Assembly (NCBI GenBank): GCA_950097015.1
Contig: CATNEN010000039.1
Coordinates: forward strand, 13,888,001 to 13,952,000
Reading direction: 5' to 3'
DNA length: 64,000 nucleotides
Source: Macrostomum hystrix
Taxonomy: Eukaryota > Animalia > Platyhelminthes
The notes under the pieces are model-generated. The model was not told the DNA's origin, ran no database searches, and was given only the letters and a program-made list of their open reading frames with translations. Position numbers and translations under genes: made by a program. Below are positions 35,290 to 48,800 of the stretch, piece by piece; positions within the stretch are counted from its first letter, which is position 1; every line of letters starts with the position of its first letter.

Positions 35290-36895
35290 GATGAAGGGGA
35301 TTCTGGATCCGCTTACAAGAATTCTGCTTTGTTACTGCGCAGCGCAGAGGCGCAGATTGAGTTAATTGTTTAAATGTGTTTTTAGAATGAAATGTTGACT
35401 CTGACTCCTCTGAGCTCGCATCGCTTGGATACCAACGGTAAATAAACGAAAACACACTGGCGAATAGGAAATCTGCTTCTCATTTTGACACTATTTTTTA
35501 TATGCGATGTTTTAACTGATTTAACTTCACACGTTTTATTTCGGAAATTTAAAGCAGCGAATAAGCTGAATTCCACCCTCGATTTACCGCTCCTCATCAT
35601 TGATTTCACTATTTAATTTTAATTTTCTGTTTGATTTCTGTCCATTCATTTTTCTGCATGGCTAACTCGAGTTTGGATATCTGATTTGGCGCGATTGCTA
35701 TTGTTTTGCAATATATAAATTTTCTTATTCACATTTTTGCTAAAATGAAAAAAATGTGATTTAATTTAGCAGGAAAATAAAAATTTTATTGCCGATTTTC
35801 GGCATGTTAAATATATTCGAACATTATTTTGTGAGCCACATGGTTAAAACTTGCATTATCAATTGATGCCCAATAGTTAGTTTCAGACCATAGACAACTG
35901 GAGTAGAAGAATGTTATGTTACGCAATTATAGTTGCTGTCTACTTTAAACAAGGACAGTCTTTGACTTTAAATAGCGTACCACCAATTAGACTTTTGTTT
36001 CGTCGTCCTGTAAAATTGCTAGCTGACTAGTTTAGAATGTGCCCCACAGCAGTATAACTGACTCACTTGCCTTGTCTTTGGCGATGTCGTTTTACATTAT
36101 TCTACGAGTAATTCTAATTCTATTATATTGTAACCGTACTTCATATAGCTGTATGCATGCACTGCATTTTATACTGCATTCATAGTTGTTTTAATGCATG
36201 TTACTTAAGCGCGAAAGGCATCGCGAACTATTGCTCTGTACGTTGATTGGCTGGCTCAGCTATAGTATTTAAATCAAGCTTAACTGTAGTTATACTAACT
36301 ACCCGATCAATTTTGATCGGAATTCCCCCGATCAATTCTGATTGGCGGCCTAATAAAACCGTGCGGGTCAGTAACCTCAATGTGTTACATAAAAAAGTTG
36401 TTCTTATGATATTCACTAATTCCAAAGAAGCTGCTAAATAAAACATTGTTATAGGATTTGGCTTTTTGTAAATAATTAAGGCAAATTTGTTTTAGCTTTG
36501 AATTTTTGTCCTAAATTATGAATTCGCGTGTATTTCTTACAATATGATTCATTGTTATCGCGAGCCCTGAGCTCATCAGTCCTATTTTTTAGCCTTAAGT
36601 TTTTTTTTGTGCAGCGATTAGCGTTTATGTTCAGAGTGCAATGGTTTTTCTTGATAAGTCTTGATAAATAATTAAAAATACACAATTCAGTAATACTTAT
36701 CTTTAGTGTCTATATGATAAGTATAGACGACCTATAGATCCATTTTAGCGACTTGCCAGCTTTAAGGTCTACATCAAGTCACTATGCAAACTAGCTAGCA
36801 GTTTCAAAGCCAAAATAAGTGTCCAAAAATTTTTGCATGAATGCCCTAATGCCTGATTGTCAAGTTTTTTTGCTATAGAAATATGAAAATTAAAA

Positions 36896-39800
36896 ATGCC
36901 AGTTAGTAGCCACACTCAAAAGATTTATCCACGTGAGCTTATTTTTCAAAAGCATCCCCAATTGTTGTCAGTTATCAAGGGATCAGACCCTTGGGATATT
37001 TATGAGAGTATCAAAGAGATTGGTAGTGGCACATATGGACATGTTTATAAGGTAAGTACTTATGGATGCAGCCTAGGAGTCTAGGACTATATGTTCTATG
37101 TCTCTTGTCTCTTATGATGGCTAAGCCAATTCATACTGTCGGCATTAAATATTTATTGGCTAAAATATTGAATGTTATATTTTATTACTAATTGTTTTTT
37201 ATTTAGTTGTTTAATTTTATTGTATTTAGTTTATAATAGTTTTAATTGTTATGTTTAAATGAAATATTGAGGTGTTTGCTTTATAAATTTAATCTAATTT
37301 ATATAGAACTAAGATTCTGAGAAATAAAATGAGCTTTGGTGTTTTGCAAGTAAAAAAAACTTTTGTGTTCTGTTTTGTTTAAAATTTGGCAGTTGTTATT
37401 TGTCTAGTTAACCGGACAAATATTAACTATCTTAAAATTTTGTATGTCACATTACTTTCACTAACACTGTCTTTTTGTAGTGCACTTTGCTTTTAGAGTT
37501 CTATTGTATATACATATTCCCATTTCATAGCTCTTGTATTCATGTTTAAAATTTACCCATAGCCTATTGGTATCCATATCAGTAACTAACAAACTTCTTG
37601 CAACTTCCTGGCTACTGGTATATAAAAAGCAAAGTGACTACAGCCAATAAGAACAAGCAATGACCCCCAATGGACACCTTGCTAAGAAAGCTGCAAGACA
37701 GAGACTAGACAGATTCGTATCAATATCTTTTGTCTTACAAGTTCTATATCGTTAACTTCCCATATTTATATCAATAGCTATAAAAGAACTTTACTACTTA
37801 ATGATTTTCTGTTAAAATACATACAATAAATGATGATTGAGGTGAAGAGCTTTGATTAAAGAAGGCAATCAAAAGATATGTGAATAGCAGCAAGAAATTA
37901 TTTTTAGTGACACATATTGGTCAACCTAGACTATTGTAAAACAATATATTTAAGGAATAAAAGTGAAACTAGTAGCTTTTTTAGTAACATTATAAGGTTG
38001 TATAAGGTTTGTAAGATCTAGACATGCTGAGGTAATTGCTAATTACAAAATAGTTTTTTGTTTGGTTTGAACAGAGTATATACTATACAAAAATTATAAT
38101 AGTTATTAATTAAGTTTTTTAATATTAACAAAATCATTTTTGAGCTTTTAAATTTATTTAACATTCCACAAGTAGAGTTAAAAAAACAGAGGCTTTAAAA
38201 TCAAACATTTTCAGTAGATTGTGTGACCCCAAGTGACAATCAAATTTCATATCAAAAACTATTTTCTGAATTTCATTTTTAGGCAAAACACAAGACATCA
38301 GGCACCTATGTGGCAATGAAATCTGTACGCATTGACCCAGCTGACGACCTCAAAGCCATATTGACTGAATTGTTTGTACTGAAAGACTGCCATCATGCTA
38401 ACATTGTGCAGTTCTTTGGTGCTTTCCTCACGTGAGTATCTCACTTTTGCCAGATTTTACAGCTAGTTGTACAAAGTTGAACACAGCCACTTCTCTCTCT
38501 TCTTCCTTAGCGACAGTCGCTCGTGCAGCCATGCCAGTCTGTGGATTGCTATGGAGTATTGTGGCGGCAAATCGCTTCAGGACATCTACGCCACAACTAG
38601 GCGACCGTTTGAAGAGGCCGCAATAGCGTTTGTGCTCAGAGAAACACTGCGCGGCCTTGCTCACATGCACGCCAAGCAGCAGATTCACCGCGATGTGAAA
38701 GGCGCCAACATTCTTCTTACGAAGCTGGGCTGCGTTAAGCTGGCGGACTTTGGCATCTCCGCCCAGATAAGCGAGACTCTTGGAAAGCGACTTTCTTTCA
38801 TCGGCACGCCTTACTGGATGGCGCCTGAGGTAAGAGATAGATCCCATAGATGAATTGGGAAGACTAGTTCATGACACATTCCGATCCCATAGATGAATTG
38901 GGAAGACTAGTTCATGACACATTCCGATCCCATAGATGAATTGGGAAGACTAGTTCATGACACATTCAGATCCCATAGATGAATTGGGAAGACTAGTTCA
39001 TGACACGTTCAGATCCCATAGATGAAATGGGAAGACTAGTTCATGACACTTTTAGATCCCATAGATTAATTGGGAAGACTAGTTCATGACACGTTCAGAT
39101 CCCATAGATGAAATGGGAAGACTAGTTCATGACACTTTTAGATCCCATAGATTAATTGGGAAGACTAGTTCATGACACGTTCAGATCCCATAGATGAAAT
39201 GGGAAGACTAGTTCATGACACGTTCAGATCCCATAGATGAATTTGGAAGGCTAGTTCATGACACATTCAGATCCCATAGATGAATTGGGAAGACTAGTTC
39301 ATGACACTTTTAGATCCCATAGATGAAATGGGAAGACTAGTTCATGACACTTTTAGATCCCATAGATGAATTGGGAAGACTAGTTCATGGCACATTCAGA
39401 TCCCATAGATGAATTGGGAAGACTAGTTCATGACACTTTTAGATCCCATAGATGAATTTGGAAGGCTAGTTCATGATTAGATCCCATGGATGAATTGGGA
39501 AGACTAGTTCATGGCACATTCAGATCCCATAGATGAATTGGGAAGACTAGTTCATGACACTTTTAGATCCCATAGATGAATTTGGAAGGCTAGTTCATGA
39601 TTAGATCCCATGGATGAATTGGGAAGACTAGTTCATGACACATTCAGATCCCATAGATGAATTTGGAAGGCTAGTTCATGATTAGATCCCATGGATGAAT
39701 TGGGAAGACTAGTTCATGGCACATTCAGATCCCATAGATGAATTTGGAAGGCTAGTTCATGATTAGATCCCATAGATTAATTGGGAAGACTAGTTCATGA

Positions 39801-42800
39801 CACATTCAGATCCCATAGATGAATTTGGAAGGCTAGTTCATGATTAGATCCCATGGATGAATTTGGAAGACTAGTTCATGACACATTCAGATCCCATAGA
39901 TGAATTTGGAAGGCTAGTTCATGACACGTTCAGATCCCATAGATGAATTTGGAAGGCTAGTTCATGACACATTTAGATCCCATAGATGAATTTGGAAGGC
40001 TAGTTTATGACACGTTTAGATCCCATAGATGAATTTGGAAGGCTAGTTCATGACACATTCAGATCCCATAGATGAATTTGGAAGGCTAGTTCATGACACG
40101 TTCAGATCCCATAGATGAATTTGGAAGGCTAGTTCATGACACGTTCAGATCCCATAGATGAATTTGGAAGGCTAGTTCATGATTAGATCCCATAGATGAA
40201 TTGGGAAGACTAGTTCATGACACGTTCAGATCCCATAGATAAATCGGGAAGACTAAGCTCATGACACAGCAGTAAAATAATTTCCTACTATGAGTAGTAA
40301 AGCGGTATAAAAACTTTTTTCGCACCTAATTAACTAAAACTATCAGGTTGCGGATGTCCGACGTAAAGGCGGATACGACGAGCGATGCGACACGTGGGCG
40401 GCAGGCATCACGGCCATCGAGCTAGCTGAGCTTGAACCACCAATGTTCAGCCTGCATCCTATGAAGGCTCTGCAGTTGCTAGCTAGCAGTCGGTACAGGC
40501 CGCCGAAGCTGCGCGACAAGGTTGTTTGGAGCGCCGTATTTCACGACTTCCTGAAGACCGCTTTGAGACTAAATCCCAAGAGTAGGCCAACTGCTCAAGA
40601 ACTGCTCAGCCATCAGTTTCTGGCCGGTCAGGGCCTAGGTGAGCATCTCATGCTGGCTCTGATGCAGCAGTTTCGCGACGACTGCCGACGATACCAGGGC
40701 TTCTCCGGTGGCAAAGGCGGCGTTGTCTACGCCGAACTGATGGACCGGACAACGCCGCCAGCAGACGATGTGGGCGGTGATGCCGGCGGTGCGGTTGGCT
40801 GCAGCGGAGCTGCGCCACGAGCTGTGGCCGAGGCGTCCTCGCCTGCTGACGAAACTGCGACCGCTACTGGATTCAGACTGGGCTGGCCGGCTGCTGACAT
40901 CAACAAGGACTGCGAGGCCTGGTAATTTGTTAGAGATGCTGGGTCAGTAGCATCCTGACAGCAGGATATGGGGGTGGGTCAGTAGCATCCTGACAGCAGG
41001 ATATGGGGGTGGGTCAGTAGCATCCTGACAGCAGGATATGGGGGTGGGTCAGTAGCATCCTGACAGCAGGATATGGGGGTGGGTCAGTAGCATCCTGACA
41101 GCAGGATATGGGGGTGGGTCAGTAGCATCCTGACAGCAGGATTACTGTGGGTCAGTAGCATCCTGACAGCAGGATTACTGTGGGTCAGTAGCATCCTGAC
41201 AGCAGGATTACTGTGGGTCAGTAGCATCCTGACAGCACGATTACTGTGGGTCAGTAGCATCCTGACAGCAGGATTACTGTGGGTCAGTAGCATCCTGACA
41301 GCAGGATTACTGTGGGTCAGTAGCATCCTGACAGCAGGATTACTGTGGGTCAGTAGCATCCTGACAGCAGGATTACTGTGGGTCAGTAGCATCCTGACAG
41401 CAGGATTACTGTGGGTCAGTAGCATCCTGACAGCAGGATTACTGTGGGTCAGTAGCATCCTGACAACAAGGGTCAGTGGCAGAGTGGTCTAACGCGTTTG
41501 CATCTCGGACCAAGGTCCCTGAGCTCGATTCCGTGACGAGGCCACATTTATTTGGGGCGCAGCCGCGGAGAAAAGGCTTGGGGGCTTGTCGCCATTGAGG
41601 GCCAACCTCCAAGGCACAGTGAGAGTGTACACTGCCTGACGATGAGAAAGTCAGGGCAGATGTACACACCCTGTGTGAGTGTGTGCTCAGGAGTCAGCGG
41701 AATGGGCAGAATTGCCTCCTCGCTGGCTGCGGGTCTAGTGTCACTAAATGATGTGCCATTGCCCACAGCCCTCCTGCAATCATTATTATTAGCATCTTGC
41801 TGTCAGGTTTATTGAATGTGTCGGTGTATGCAATATATTGAATTAACTCTTCAACAGCGCGGCATCTTCGCCAACGGAGGCGGCGGCAACCCTTACTGCT
41901 CCGCCGAAGCGGTCAGCCAGCGCTGAAAATCTGCTCGATAGCAAGTGAGTGTTGATCTGGGATAAATATAGGATGCAGTGGGATCTAGATAGGACCAAAG
42001 TGGGATCAAGATTATGAATTATTTTAGGTATATATAGATTAGGAACATTAGGAAAGGGGTGGGATGAAGTGGGATCTAGATGGGATGGGATGCAGTGGGA
42101 TCTAGATAGATTCAGTGGGATCTAGATGGGATGCAGTCGGATCTAGATGGGATGCAGTGGGATCTAGATGCGATGCAGTGGGATCTAGATGGAATGCAGT
42201 CGGATCTAGATGGGATGCAGTGGGATCTAGATGCGATGCAGTGGGATCTAGATGGAATGCAGTCGGATCTAGATGGGATGCAGTGGGATCTAGATGCGAT
42301 GCAGTGGGATCTAGATGGGATGCAGTGGGATCTAGATGCGATGCAGTGGGATCTAGATGGGATGCAGTGGGATCTAGATGCGATGCAGTGGGATCTAGAT
42401 GGAATGCAGTCGGATCTAGATGGGATGCAGTGGGATCTAGATGGGATGCAGTCGGATCTAGATGGGATGCAGTGGGATCTAGATGGGATGCAGTGGGATC
42501 TAGATGCGATGCAGTGGGATCTAGATGGGATGCAGTGGGATCTAGATGCGATGCAGTGGGATCTAGATGGAATGCAGTCGGATCTAGATGGGATGCAGTG
42601 GGATCTAGATGCGATGCAGTGGGATCTAGATGCGATGCAGTGGGATCTAGATGGGATGCAGTCGGATCTAGATGGGATGCAGTGGGATCTAGATGGGATG
42701 CAGTGGGATCTAGATGGGATGCAGTGGGATCTAGATGCGATGCAGTGGGATCTAGATGGGATGCAGTCGGATCTAGATGGGATGCAGTGGGATCTAGATG

Positions 42801-45800
42801 GGATGCAGTGGGATCTAGATGCGATGCAGTGGGATCTAGATGGAATGCAGTCGGATCTAGATGCGATGCAGTGGGATCTAGATGGAATGCAGTCGGATCT
42901 AGATGGGATGCAGTGGGATCTAGATAGATTCAGTGGGTTCTAGATGGGATGTCGATGGATCTAGATGCGATGCAGTCGGATCTAGATGGGATGCAGTGGG
43001 ATCTAGATGCGATGCAGTGGGATCTAGATGGAATGCAGTCGGATCTAGATGGAATGCAGTCGGATCTAGATGGGATGCAGTGGGATCTAGATGGGATGCA
43101 GTCGGATCTAGATGGGATGCAGTGGGATCTAGATGGGATGTAGTGGGATCTAGATGAGATCGTGAATAGGTGCACTTTCATAGTGATCGAATGTGTACGA
43201 TAATTTGGAAATTTATTCAGAGAAGTTATTCAGATAATCTATACATTATCTGAATAATATCAGAATAAGGACATTAGGAGCAATGGAATGGGAATCGATA
43301 AGAAGCGTTTATGACGTTACTTTTAGTATGGAAGAAAAATATTGTTTTTTTAACCTTACCTTTGGCTACTCAGTTAGTTGCACTTATTTGTTTGTTCGAG
43401 TGTGATCAAACTGGAGCAGTTTGGTATGTCAGATCCGTTGGATCAATTAGCCTCATTAATTCTGCTTCCTTTTGCCAGCCCAGCTGCTCTTCTTCAAGCC
43501 TGACTTGGTTAGTGTTCTCTCAGTTTCTGCTGCATCTATTTTTCTAGCTTTTCTATTCACGAACGAACAGCTTTTTACCTTGAATTGTGAAAGATCTGAA
43601 AGGTTTTGATTCTTACCATATTTACTTCGATACTTGCCAAATCATTTTCTGTTTCCCCCTTTTCTTTCGATTCTCCCCTATTTACTTCAATCCTCCCCTA
43701 TTTTTTACCTTCGATTCTCCCCTATTTACCTCGATTCTCCCCTATTTAACTCGATTCTCCCCTATTTACCTTCGATTCTTCACTATTTACCTTCGATTTT
43801 CCCTTATTTACCTTCGATTCTCCCCTATTTCCTTCGATTCTCCCCTATTTCCTTCGATTCTCCCCTTTTCCTTCGATTCTCCCCTATTTCCTTCGATTCT
43901 CCCCTATTTCCTTCGATTCTCCCCTATTTACCTTCGATTCTTCACTAATTACCTTCGATTCTCCCCTATTTCCTTCGATTCTCCCCTATTTCCTTCGATT
44001 CTCCCCTTTTGCTTAGATTCTTCCCCCTATTCCTTCGATTCTTCCCCTATTCTTTCGATTCTTCCCCCTATTCCTTTGATTCTTCCCCTTTACTTTGATT
44101 CTTCCCCTTTTCCTTTGATTCTTCCCCTTTTCCTTTGATTCTTCCCTTTTCCTTTTATTCTTCCCCCTTTTCTTCGATTCTTCCCCTATTCCTTCGATTC
44201 TTCCCCTATTCCTTCGATTCTCCCCCCTTTTCTTCGATTCTTCCCCTGATTTATTTGATTCTTCCCCTGTTGTCATGGATTCTTATCCTGTTTTCATGGA
44301 TTTTCCCCCTGTTTTCATGGATTTTCCCCCTGTTTTCATGGATTCTTATCCTGTTTTCATGGATTTTCCCCCTGTTTTCATGGATTTTCCCCCTGTTTTC
44401 ATGGATTTTCCCCCTGTTTTCATGGATTTTCCCCCTGTTTTCATGGATTTTCCCCCTGTTTTCATGGATTTTCCCCCTGTTTTCATGGATTTTCCCCCTG
44501 TTTTCATGGATTTTCCCCCTGTTTTCATGGATTCTTCCCTTGTTTCTTGGATTTTTCCTCTGTTTCCTACGATTATTTAATTATCTCTCTCCCTTTCTCT
44601 CCCTCTCTTAATTTCACTCATTTCCCGTTACTCAGACAAGTCTAATCAAGCAGGTCTTATCTCAGGTGTCAGTTTTAGCATAGACGAATGAGACATCTTC
44701 TCTTGGCTGGGATTTAAAATCAATTTGAATCCCTTGTCTGGCTGTCTGGCTTAGTTTTTTGCATCCGGGATTTATTTTTGACGTAAAAGTTCTCTCATTT
44801 TAAAAACAAATTATGCAAATATTATTTACTTTGTGATTGGAGCGCAGACCTCGAGACAGTTCAGCGATGCGGCCATATTACCCCTTATTTGATAATTTGC
44901 ATCTAGTTTTTTTATCATAAGTTAGAAAACTCATCTACTTATTATTACGTATTTGAATGTGTAGTAAATGAAGCAGCAGGTGAGTGAACAACACAAAAAG
45001 GAAAGATAAAATACTAATTCGAGATAAAGTGACAAATTAAGGCGAAGAGTGACAGATTGGAGAAAGAGTGACAGGTTGGAGAAAGAGTGACAGATTGGAG
45101 AAAGAGTGACAGGTTGGAGAAAGAGTGACAGATTGGAGAAAGAGTGACAGGTTGGAGAAAGAGTGACAGATTGGAGAAAGAGTGACAGGTTGGAGAAAGA
45201 GTGACAGATTGGAGAAAGAGTGACAGGTTGGAGAAAGAGTGACAGATTGGAGAAAGAGTGACAGGTTGGAGAAAGAGTGACAGGTTGGAGAAAGAGTGAC
45301 AGGTTGGAGAAAGAGTGACAGATTGGAGAAAGAGTGACAGATTGGAGAAAGAGTGACAGGTTGGAGAAAGAGTGACAGATTGGAGAAAGAGTGACAGGTT
45401 GGAGAAAGAGTGACAGATTGGAGAAAGAGTGACAGATTGGAGAAAGAGTGACAGATTGGAGAAAGAGTGACAGATTGGAGAAAGAGTGACAGGTTGGAGA
45501 AAGAGTGACAGATTGGAGAAAGAGTGACAGGTTGGAGAAAGAGTGACAGATTGGAGAAAGAGTGACAGATTGGAGAAAGAGTGACAGGTTGGAGAAGTCG
45601 TGACTGATTAATTACACTATTATGTGATGTTTTTTTTACTAAAAAATGGATGTAGAAGTAATTGTCTAGAAATTCGCATCACCTAACCGATTTGCTTTTT
45701 ACCTCTCGCCTTTGTCAACAGCGCATTGCTAGTTCAACAGCTCAGGCAGCGAAAATTTAATGACAAACGTGCTTGGCTCTGCGGGTAAGTAAACGCTATT

Positions 45801-48800
45801 ATTTATTCTATGGTAAAGAAGTTGTGAGCAAAAAAAAGATTGTTATCACTGGCTACCCGCTAATGCTATCTATTCTAGAGAGACTCAGCCAACACTTTTG
45901 GCCACGTCCAACGGCCTGACGCTTACTAATTACTCGGTAAATTATTTATTTTAAACTCTTCCTATATTTGTTGTGACTTTTTCTCCTCTGTCTATGCAAT
46001 ATTGATCAAATTCAAAGTCAAAGTCATGTGCAATTTTGGCCATAGACAACAGGAAGGCTCTCTAATAACCAATCTTCAGAAGCTTGGCCATAGACAACAG
46101 GCAGGCTCTCTAATAACCAATCTTCAGAAGCTTGGCCATAGACAACAGGCAGGCTCTCTAATAACCAATCTTCAGAAGCTTGGCCATAGACAACAGGCAG
46201 GCTCTCTAATAACCAATCTTCAGAATCTTGGCCATAGACAACAGGCAGGCTCTCTAATAACCAATCTTCAGAAGCTTGGCCATAGACAACAGGCAGGCTC
46301 TCTAATAACCAATCTTCAGAATCTTGGCCATAGACAACAGGCAGGCTCTCTAATAACCAATCTTCAGAAGCTTGGCCATAGACAGGCAGGCACTACAAAT
46401 ACTTCCTCAATTTCCTAAATCGCTTCAGAACTCTCATGAGTACGCCGAACAGCCGACGCCGCCCTCGACGCCAAATCAGCAGCCATCGACGCCCTTGCCG
46501 CGGCCAAAATCTGAACCGGCAACTGAACATCACGGCCTCGAGCAGACTGTCCAGCACCAGCACCAGCACCAGCACCAGCACCAGCACCAGCACCAGAGTT
46601 CAGATCCGACATCCGGTCCGCAGCAGCAGCCTCAGAGGCCGCTTCGCCTAGGCAGCGGCCTGAGTAAAATCTTCGATGACTGTCCCATAAAAATCAACAC
46701 AGTAGCCAAGTGGACCTCACCGCGCAACGAATCCGTACTGCTAATCGGCGCTAACGAAGGTATCTATAGTCTGAGCCTCACACTGCGGGTTCAGGCACCG
46801 GCCATGGTACTGCTAGTTAGGCAGCGATGCCTCTGGCTGTTTGTCTATCGCGGCATTCTCGTCTCACTGTCTGGCCGGCATCCGCAGCTGTATAGGCACG
46901 ATTTGAGCTTGCTGTTTCCTGCCGATTCTAGGTCAAGGGTGAGCTCCCGCCTCCCGCCAGACTGTACTTTCTCTACTTACTGCCCTCTCACACCCTCTCT
47001 GCCCTCCCTCACACCCTCTCTGCCCTCCCTCACACCCTCTCTGCCCTCCCTCACACCCTCTCTGCCCTCCCTCACACCCTCTCTGTCATCCCTCACACCC
47101 TCTCTGTCATCCCTCACACCCTCTCTGCCCTCCCTCACACCCTCTCTGTCCTCCCTCACACCCTCTCTGCCCTCCCTCACACCCTCTCTGCCCTCCCTCA
47201 CACCCTCTCTGTCATCCCTCACACCCTCTCTGTCATCCCTCACACCCTCTCTGCCCTCCCTCACACCCTCTCTGCCCTCCTTCACACCCTCTCGATTTTT
47301 TCACATTTAGTCTATTTCATTTCTATTTCATATTTCATATTTTTTATTTCTATGTTTAATAGTCCATTTCATATTTTAGTCTATTTGCTGATCTTCCAAT
47401 GAATATATTAGTGTGGCTGTGTCTGTCAGTTGTTTTGCAGTCGCAATTCTTTGTGCAGCTGTATTCTTTTCGACAGCACGCGACGACTGCCTGCTTGCCA
47501 ATAGCAAATGTATTTTTTTTAATTCATGGCTATATTATGCGTTGACTCTGTGCTGACTAATCTGTAGCTACTTTAGATGCTTTTTGTACTTTACTTGCTT
47601 GCCTGCTTAACGCCTGCTTTGCATTCTATAATATCAGACCTTGTTATTATATTTTAAATGACCTTGTATCCGTTCTTACCGTTTAATACCCTCCCATCCC
47701 ATTCTCTTATCCCCTACCTATATTTTTGTCCCAACACCCATAATTTTTCCCAACATATTTTATTCCAAACACTAATATTTTTATCTCAAAAACCCATATT
47801 TGTTATCCCAAAACCCATATTTTTATCCCAACACCCAGATTTTTATCCAAAACACCCATAATTTTATTCCAAATCCCATATTTTTATCTCAAAACCCCAT
47901 ATTTGTTATCCCAAAACCCATATTTTTATCCCCAACACCAATATTTTTCCCCAAACACCCATATTTTATCCTAACACCTATATTTTTATCCCAAAACCCA
48001 TATTTGTTATCCGAACACCCATATTTTTATCCCAAAACCCATATTTGTTATCCCAACACCCATATTTTATCCTAAACGCCCATATTTTTATCCCCAACAC
48101 CCATATTTTTATCCCAACACCCATATTTTTATCCCTAACACCCATATTTTTATCCCAACACCCATATTTTTATCCCCAACACCCATATTTTTATCCCAAC
48201 ACCCATATTTTTATCCCAACACCCATATTTTATCCTAAACGCCCATATTTTTATCCCCAACACCCATATTTTTATCCCAACACCCATATTTTTATCCCTA
48301 ACACCCATATTTTTATCCCAACACCCATATTTTTATCCCCAACACCCATATTTTTATCCCCAACACCCATATTTTTATCCCAACACCCATATTTTTATCC
48401 TAACCTAAACACCCATATATTTTTCATGAACAGCCCTAATTTTATCCCAACCAATCGCACTAGCTATCCCATATCCCATGTTCATTCAGCTGAAAGGTCG
48501 CGTTGCCATGCGGCTGGCCAACAATCCGCCGTCGTCAAAAATTCCCCGCACGAAGGGCTGCATGCGAGTGTCGGCGAGGAAGCACCCGGAGACTGCCGAG
48601 CGCTGGCTGGCCTGCGCAATGCCCGACTCAGTGCTGCTGCTGCAGTGGGACAATGGCCGGAGAAACTTTCTAGAATATAAATCAGTGCAATGCCCGGACC
48701 TGCCCCAGCCGCTCATCACCTTCGAGCTGCTCATACGCAGCGGCTACAAGCTGCCTTTCGTTTGCGTGGGCGTTCTTCAAGGACGCAACGAGGCCTGCGT

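Noticed and set aside
38839-40268. CRISPR-like arrays (also 53618-54016 and 62746-63612)
   Set aside because: Units are contiguous with no unique spacers, there are no cas genes, and the context is eukaryotic intronic or intergenic DNA.
41470-41545. tRNA gene
   Set aside because: A and B boxes are present, but there is no acceptor stem or T-run terminator, and the sequence continues into a dispersed repeat body.
41714-41727. GCCTCCTCGCTGGC in the SINE A tail matches my recollection of the P3/L3 of the genomic HDV ribozyme
   Set aside because: There is no upstream P1 partner, no GG for P1.1 after the next 7 nt and no P2 pairing. The bases are better explained by the two-hairpin tail. An Infernal search with HDV-like models would settle it.
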